A stretch of DNA of 64,000 nt from an uncultured delta proteobacterium (GTDB lineage Bacteria > Desulfobacterota > Binatia > Binatales > Binataceae). Within the stretch, counting starts at the first letter, position 1, and each line of letters opens with the position of its first letter. The translations under genes and the position numbers were made by a program. The notes under the pieces were generated by a model. That model did not search any database, was not told the DNA's origin, and saw nothing but the letters and a program-made list of their open reading frames with translations. The stretch spans positions 280,901 to 344,900 of the forward strand of contig CAWDFL010000003.1 of the NCBI GenBank assembly GCA_963801665.1, in the 5' to 3' direction. Below, piece after piece: positions 58,321 to 64,000 of this stretch.

Positions 58321-59160
58321 TCAGCGGAACCGTGGTTTCAATGCGACGCGAGCGCCGAGGTTCATGACGAACACGATCGCGATGAGCAGTAAAGCTCCGC
58401 CCCACGCCTGCTCGTGCCACGATCTGTATGGAGAGATCGCATAGGTGAAGACCTGCAGCGACAATTCTGCCATCGGATTGTTTGGATTGAGTTCCCAGAA
58501 TTGGCTGCCGAAGGCGGTGAAGAGCAGAGGCGCGGTCTCGCCCGTGACCCGCGCGATCGCCAGCACGATTCCGGTGATTATTCCGGAACGAGCGGACGGA
58601 AGGATCACGTGGATGATCGCATGATGCCGCGACACGCCGAGCGCGAGCGCCGCTTCGTATAGTTCGTGCGAGACTCCTTTGATCGCGGACTCAGTAGTGG
58701 TGATGATCACGGGCAGCATCAGGATCGCGAAAGCAAAGGAAGCCGAGAACGCAGAGAAATGCTTTAGCGGCGCCACCAGTATCGTGTAGGCGAACAGTCC
58801 AATCGCAATACTAGGAATTCCGGAGAGCACGTCCGACAGGAACCGCACCGTCGCCGCGAACGTCCCGCGTCCAAAATATGTCAGATAGAGACCGGTGAGA
58901 GTACCGATTGGAATAGCCATTACGGCTGCTAGTCCCACGATAATCGCACTGCCAACGACTCCGTTACCCACTCCGCCTCCCGGTACGCCAACCGGATGCG
59001 GCAGCTCGGTCAGGAAGCTGAGTGAGATTGCGCCTATACCCTCGCGGATGACGTAGCCCAGGATCAGCAGCAGGATAACCGCGACGCCGCCAGCACAGAA
59101 AGCGGCAGCGAAAATTCCCAGTGCGCTGCGGGGATGACGTAATGAGATCGGAGTTTGCAC
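58321..59160 (-). CDS. pstA: Phosphate ABC transporter permease PstA
   Basis: DVLSGIPSI, EAALALG, ARVTGETAPLLFT, AWGGALLL. Confidence 0.93.
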   Translation of the reverse strand: MQTPISLRHPRSALGIFAAAFCAGGVAVILLLILGYVIREGIGAISLSFLTELPHPVGVPGGGVGNGVVGSAIIVGLAAVMAIPIGTLTGLYLTYFGRGTFAATVRFLSDVLSGIPSIAIGLFAYTILVAPLKHFSAFSASFAFAILMLPVIITTTESAIKGVSHELYEAALALGVSRHHAIIHVILPSARSGIITGIVLAIARVTGETAPLLFTAFGSQFWELNPNNPMAELSLQVFTYAISPYRSWHEQAWGGALLLIAIVFVMNLGARVALKPRFR

Positions 59161-60201
59161 CTAGCTCTCCATCGGCCGGAAAATCGTCCAGAGCAGGACG
59201 CGAGCGAGCGCATTTACGATCACGCTGATAATAAAGAGGAGCAGGCCAAGTTCGATCAGCGAGCTTAGATAGAGCTGGGTTGTCGCCTCGGTGAACTCAT
59301 TGGCTATAACGCTCGAAATGCTATATCCCGGCGCGAACAGCGAGACCGCGATCGCGGGCCGGTTGCCTATAACCATCGTGGTGGCGATAGTCTCTCCGAG
59401 CGCGCGGCCAAGCGCCAGGATACAGGCGCCGAACACTCCCGCGCGAGAGCCTGGCAGCACCACCATCTGGAAACTCTGCCAGCGAGTCGCGCCGAGTGCC
59501 CAGATCGCCTCACGCTGCGTCTGCGGGACGGCGGCCATCACGTCCCGGGAGATCGCGGTGACGGTAGGAACGATCATAATCGCCAGAAGCACTCCGGCGG
59601 TGAGCATTCCGACGCCGTAGATCGTTCCCGAAAAAATCGGCAAAAAACCCAGGTAGCGCTGCAGCAACGGCTCGACGTAATCGCGCATGACCGGCGCGAG
59701 GATAAACAATCCCCACAATCCGTAGACGACGCTTGGAACCGCGGCGAGCAGCTCGATCACAAAGCTGAGAGGACCTGACAGCCGCAGCGGACAGAATTCC
59801 GCGAGAAACGCGCCGGCGAGCACGCCAACCACGCCCGCGAGCAGAATGGCTATCGCCGAACTGACGATAGTTCCATAGATGAATGGGAGCGCGCCGAACT
59901 GGTTAGTTACAGGATTCCATTCGCTGGTCCACAGAAACGACAATCCGAATGTCGAGAGCGACAGCCGCGAACTCCATAGAAGCTCGATGAAGAGTCCGAC
60001 GACCAGGGCCAGGAAGGCAAACGTCGCTCCATAGACGCATAGGTCGAAGCCGGTACCGCGAGGCGCATGCGGCAATCTCAGCCGAATCGGCTGGACTCTT
60101 GGCTCGACCAGCGGATTGAGCGCGGGATTACCGGCGTTCATTCCGGGTGCGAGAGCGAATCCGAAAGTTCCTCTGGTATTGTGTTCGTCAATATCCGCCA
60201 T
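59161..60201 (-). CDS. pstC: Phosphate ABC transporter permease PstC
   Basis: WNPVTNQFGALPFIYGT, ELLAAVPSVVYGLWG, GRALGET, IANEFTEA. Confidence 0.94.
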   Translation of the reverse strand: MADIDEHNTRGTFGFALAPGMNAGNPALNPLVEPRVQPIRLRLPHAPRGTGFDLCVYGATFAFLALVVGLFIELLWSSRLSLSTFGLSFLWTSEWNPVTNQFGALPFIYGTIVSSAIAILLAGVVGVLAGAFLAEFCPLRLSGPLSFVIELLAAVPSVVYGLWGLFILAPVMRDYVEPLLQRYLGFLPIFSGTIYGVGMLTAGVLLAIMIVPTVTAISRDVMAAVPQTQREAIWALGATRWQSFQMVVLPGSRAGVFGACILALGRALGETIATTMVIGNRPAIAVSLFAPGYSISSVIANEFTEATTQLYLSSLIELGLLLFIISVIVNALARVLLWTIFRPMES

Positions 60202-60263
60202 TTTGAATCGTTCCGGAGTAGCTAGTCACTAACCCAAGCCGAAGTGCATACCCGAGTAAGTAT

Positions 60264-61295
60264 CTACGCCTGCATTTGCGAGATAACTTTCAGTGCTTGT
60301 TTCTGGACGTTTTCGGGAAGCGGTACATAGTCAACCGATTTCGCGACTGACTGACCTTTTGTGACTAACCATTCGAGGGTCTGTTTGACGAGCTTCGCGC
60401 GCGCGGCGTCCGACGGCTTTTTGTAGAGCATGATCCACGAATATCCGCTGATCGGATAAGAATTGGCGCCGGACGCGTCGACGATTGAAAAGTCTGTCGC
60501 ACTCACCTCCGGTTTGCTGGCCGCGGCGTCCGCGACCGTCTCGATTGAGGGATACACAAACGCTCCGGATTTGTTCTCGACCTGCGCATACGTCATTTCG
60601 TTTTCGAGCACGTAGGCCAGCTCGATATATCCAATCGCGCCTGGCGTCTGGCGCACCTGTCCCGCCACGCCTTCATTGCCTTTGCCGCCAAGGCCTACAG
60701 GCCACTGCACGCTCTTGCCGGTCCCAACCTTTTGCTTCCATTCGGGAGAGACGTTGCTCAGAAAATCAGTGAAGATATATGTCGTGCCGGAGCCATCGGA
60801 GCGATGGACGACTGTAATCGGCATGTCGGGCAGTTTGATGCCGGGGTTCGCCTTCACGATCGCGAGGTCGTTCCACTTGGTTACTTTGCCCAGGAAGATC
60901 TCTGCAATCAGTTGGCGCGTCAGGCGAAGGCCCTTCGCGATTCCAGGCAGATTATAACCCATAGCGGCGCCGCCCAAGGTAACCGGAACCTGCAGAACAG
61001 GTCCCTGCGCAAGCTTGAGTTCCTCCGCATTCATCGGGACATCGGAGGCGCCAAAGTCAACGGTCTTCGCGATGAACTGCTGGATTCCGCCGCCGCTGCC
61101 GATCGATTGGTAATTGACCGTGACATCGGAACGCTGCTGGCTGTATTGGTAGAACGCTTTTGAGAAGAACGGATAGTCGAAGGTCGAACCTGCGCCGGTA
61201 AGCTGCGTGGACGCGAACACCGCCGACGCGGCGAGAGTCAACACGGCGGCGACGGCGAAGCCGATGGCTCTGCGAGTGTGGGACGAAAGCGGCAT
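60264..61295 (-). CDS. pstS: Phosphate-binding protein PstS
   Basis: Signal peptide, GAGSTF, YQSIGSGGG, DFGASD, RSDGSGTT, GKGNEGV. Confidence 0.95.
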   Translation of the reverse strand: MPLSSHTRRAIGFAVAAVLTLAASAVFASTQLTGAGSTFDYPFFSKAFYQYSQQRSDVTVNYQSIGSGGGIQQFIAKTVDFGASDVPMNAEELKLAQGPVLQVPVTLGGAAMGYNLPGIAKGLRLTRQLIAEIFLGKVTKWNDLAIVKANPGIKLPDMPITVVHRSDGSGTTYIFTDFLSNVSPEWKQKVGTGKSVQWPVGLGGKGNEGVAGQVRQTPGAIGYIELAYVLENEMTYAQVENKSGAFVYPSIETVADAAASKPEVSATDFSIVDASGANSYPISGYSWIMLYKKPSDAARAKLVKQTLEWLVTKGQSVAKSVDYVPLPENVQKQALKVISQMQA

Positions 61296-61376
61296 CGATG
61301 CACCTCCAAGTGAGAAGACAATTCAAAGTTTCATCCCTCATCATAACAACCATACTTTATTGGCCGGGGGCGGTTC

Positions 61377-61394
61377 TGTTACAGGAATGTTAAA
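61377..61394 (-). promoter_or_regulatory. Pho-box-like tandem repeat TTTAACA-TTCC-TGTAACA
   Basis: Two 7-mers at 11-bp periodicity about 80 nt upstream of pstS. Confidence 0.6.
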
Positions 61395-61502
61395 TCCGAG
61401 GCGAGCCGCGCAGAATCTGCAAAGTAGACTGGCGAATATATCGCGAACTTGAAGGATGCTTCCGTGGACTGATATTCATGATGCCAACGGAACCAGATTC
61501 GT

Positions 61503-61739
61503 ATGTCGCACCTCGTGGTTAGAAACTTTGAAGAGAGCGTTAAGGCACGTCTGCGGCGTCGCGCGATCCGCCGCGGTCACAGCATGGAGGAAGAGGTTCG
61601 AGAGATTCTTCGCAACGCCGTTAGGGCCGAAGAAAGTGCGGCTGCTCCGCTTGGCAGTCAGATCGCAGCGCGCTTCGCGCGCATCGGACTGGAGGAAGAT
61701 ATCGCGGAGTTTCGTGGCGAGAAGCCGCGCCCTGCCTGA
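61503..61739 (+). CDS. FitA-like ribbon-helix-helix antitoxin (orphan)
   Basis: MSHLVVRNFEESVKARLRRRA...HSMEEEVREILR. Confidence 0.82.
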   Translation: MSHLVVRNFEESVKARLRRRAIRRGHSMEEEVREILRNAVRAEESAAAPLGSQIAARFARIGLEEDIAEFRGEKPRPA

Positions 61740-61757
61740 ATCTGCGGGCGAGCGAGG

Positions 61758-62721
61758 TCAGAGACCCTTCACGAAATCGATCAGCAGGTCGTTGATTTCT
61801 TTCGGTCGCTCCTGCTGGAGCCAGTGGCCGGCGCCGGGGATGATCACTTTCTTGCGGCAATTCGGCATCGAAAAATCGACGACTTTCGGCGCATCGGGAT
61901 ACATCGCGAGGACAACGTCGTGCTCGCCGGCCGCGAACATCGAGGGCTGCGTAAGCTTCACGCCGTCGAGGAAGCCGATCATCTCCCAATTGCGATCGAT
62001 ATTGCGGTACCAGTTGATTCCGCCGCGGAAGCCCGAGTTGCCGAACTCGGCGGCATAGAAATCAAGATCTTCCTCGGTCAGCCATCCGGGCAGACGGCCG
62101 GGAAGCGTACCGCTTTCGAGGAATTTGTACGAGCGCGGAAACAGGAACTTCCAGCGCTCGGCGGGCGGCGGATCGCCCGACGCCGAGTACAGCATCATCG
62201 TAAGCGAGCGGCGCGGATCCTCGTCGAGTTCCTTCTCGATCCGGCCCGGCTCCTGAAAGTAATGCTGATAGAACCAGTTGGTTTTGCCCTCAAGGCGCCT
62301 TCATCCCGTCGGAAGGACGAATCGGGCCGCGCGGCAAAAACGCCACGCTCAAAAGACCGATCGCGTAAAAGATATCAGGCCTCAGCAGCGCGCAGTGCCA
62401 CGCGACCGGCGCGCCCCAATCGTGTCCGACGATTATCGCGCGCGACTCGCCGAGCGCATGCACCAGTCCGACGATATCGCCGGTGAGATTGAAGATGTTG
62501 TAGGCCTCGATCGCGTCGGGGCGGTCGGTGCGTCCGTAGCCGCGCTGATCGGGCGCGACGACGCGGAAGCCCGCCGCTGCGAGCGCGGGAATCTGATGCC
62601 GCCACGAGTACCACGACTCCGGCCATCCGTGGCACAGCACGACCAGCGGGCCCACGCCCTGCTCGACGTAGTGCATCTTGATTCCGTTGGTCGCGGCGAA
62701 TTTATGCTGCAGCTCAGCCAT
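61758..62721 (-). CDS. Epoxide hydrolase-like alpha/beta hydrolase with a +1 frameshift near 62297
   Basis: CHGWPESWYSWRHQ, GHDWGA. Removing one C gives KALEGKTNWFYQHYFQEPG...INWYRN...GHWLQQERP. Confidence 0.85.
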
Positions 62722-62732
62722 GGTTCGATGCC

Positions 62733-63713
62733 TCAGTGCGCTTTGACCTTCTTCAACTCTTCGACCATCTCGGGCACGGCTTTGAACAGATCGGCGACCA
62801 GGCCGTAGTCGGCGACGCTGAAGATCGGCGCCTCTTCGTCCTTGTTGATCGCGACAATTATTTTGGAATCTTTCATCCCGGCCAGATGCTGGATCGCGCC
62901 GGAGATTCCGACCGCGACGTAGAGCTCGGGCGCGACTACCTTGCCGGTCTGTCCGACCTGCAAATCGTTGGGCACGAAGCCCGCATCGACGGCCGCGCGC
63001 GACGCGCCCATCGCGGCGCCCATCTCATCGACCAGCGGTTCGAGCACGATTTTGAAATTCTCGCCCGACTTGAGTCCGCGGCCGCCCGAGACGACGATCC
63101 GCGCCTCGGTGAGTTGCGGCCGGTCGCTCTTGGTCTGGTTGAAGGAGACGAACTCCTGCTTGAGCGCGGCGGCGTCGATCTCGGCGTCGAGTTTTTCGAC
63201 CGGCGACGCGGCTGCGGCGGGCTTGGCCGCGTCGAACGCGGTGCCGCGCACGGTTATCACCTTTACCGGACCGTCGAGCTCGATCGTCGCCATCGCGTTG
63301 CCCGCGTACATCGGGCGCACGTAGGTGCCGTCGTCGTTGATCGCGCTGATCTCGGAAGCCATCGGCGCGTTCAACCGCGCGGCCAGCCGCGGCGCGAGGT
63401 CCTTGCCGATCGCGGTCGCGGTCGCGAGCACGAATTCCGCTCCGGTCTTCTTGACCAGCGCGGTCAGCGCGGCCGCGTGCGCGTCGGCGAGATAATTTTT
63501 CAGCGCGGGATGCGCCAGCGCGATCACTTTCGACGCGCCATACTTGGCGATCTCCGCGGCGACCGCTTCGGGCGCGTCGCCCGCGACCACCGCGATCGCT
63601 TTGCCGCCGCGCTTTTGCGCGAGCTCGACGCCCGCGTGAATCGCGGTCAGCGTGGTCTTGGGAAAGTGGCCGCCCAGATGCTCGGCGAAAATAAGAACGT
63701 CACCCATTTGCAT
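62733..63713 (-). CDS. etfA: Electron transfer flavoprotein alpha subunit
   Basis: [49 protein letters not shown]. Confidence 0.96.
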   Translation of the reverse strand: MQMGDVLIFAEHLGGHFPKTTLTAIHAGVELAQKRGGKAIAVVAGDAPEAVAAEIAKYGASKVIALAHPALKNYLADAHAAALTALVKKTGAEFVLATATAIGKDLAPRLAARLNAPMASEISAINDDGTYVRPMYAGNAMATIELDGPVKVITVRGTAFDAAKPAAAASPVEKLDAEIDAAALKQEFVSFNQTKSDRPQLTEARIVVSGGRGLKSGENFKIVLEPLVDEMGAAMGASRAAVDAGFVPNDLQVGQTGKVVAPELYVAVGISGAIQHLAGMKDSKIIVAINKDEEAPIFSVADYGLVADLFKAVPEMVEELKKVKAH

Positions 63714-63815
63714 TCACTCCGGCGCCCGCTCCACGCCGCTTGTGCGGTCGATCGCAGGCGATGAGACAATATCTCTCTAAAGGTTCGCGAAAAAATTCCT
63801 CGGATCGTTTTGCCG

Positions 63816-64000
63816 CTAGATAACTTTGGCTTCGGTATGGAGAACGCCGACCAGCTCCGCGACCGAGCCAACTTTCTTTCCCGCTTGCCGCTTGGGCGGC
63901 GCGGTCAGCGATTTGATCTTGAGCTTGGGCGCGAGGTCGAGGCCCAAGCTTTCGGCGGGAATTTCCTTGAGCTCCTTTTTGCGCGCCTTCATGATTCCCG
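63816..64000 (-). CDS. etfB: Electron transfer flavoprotein beta subunit, 3' end (partial)
   Basis: Hand translation GIMKARKKELKEI...APPKRQAGKKVGSVAELVGVLHTEAKVI*; upstream of etfA. Confidence 0.9.
   Translation of the reverse strand, partial: GIMKARKKELKEIPAESLGLDLAPKLKIKSLTAPPKRQAGKKVGSVAELVGVLHTEAKVI

Overview
GC-rich bacterial chromosomal window. The abundance of amidohydrolases, LLM/FAD oxidoreductases and alpha/beta hydrolases suggests a soil organism such as Candidatus Binatota; this is an inference only. The left half (about 2-33.6 kb) is a mosaic accessory region ending at the 3' end of tRNA-Thr(CGT), with an integrase remnant and att-like features. It holds dehalogenases, monooxygenases, methyltransferases and many one-component regulators. 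It also holds a 7.6 kb cassette bounded by 31-bp direct repeats that encodes a bufferin-type RiPP cluster (Cys-rich precursor, MNIO/DUF692, DUF2063, DoxX). The cassette's regulation can be read from the DNA: GAF-PAS sigma54 activator, then a sigma54 promoter, then a STAS-ECF sigma factor, then three matching ECF promoters and a ZAS anti-sigma. Right of the tRNA lie an ECF sigma factor with an unusual ZAS / TonB-like TM / vWA anti-sigma plus a vWA paralog, and a low-GC three-gene cassette (FRG domain, putative TIM-barrel, PD-(D/E)XK-like protein) that is a candidate undescribed defence system. More core-like genes follow: YchF-like ATPase, FadF-like Fe-S protein, epoxide hydrolases, amidase, sulfatase, phosphoesterase, an ABC-F with a leader-peptide attenuator, pstSCA without pstB, and etfAB. 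Composite nested REP/MITE-like elements occur between genes. Several genes carry single-base frameshifts in short homopolymers, probably long-read errors. All calls come from motif recognition by eye; no searches were run.
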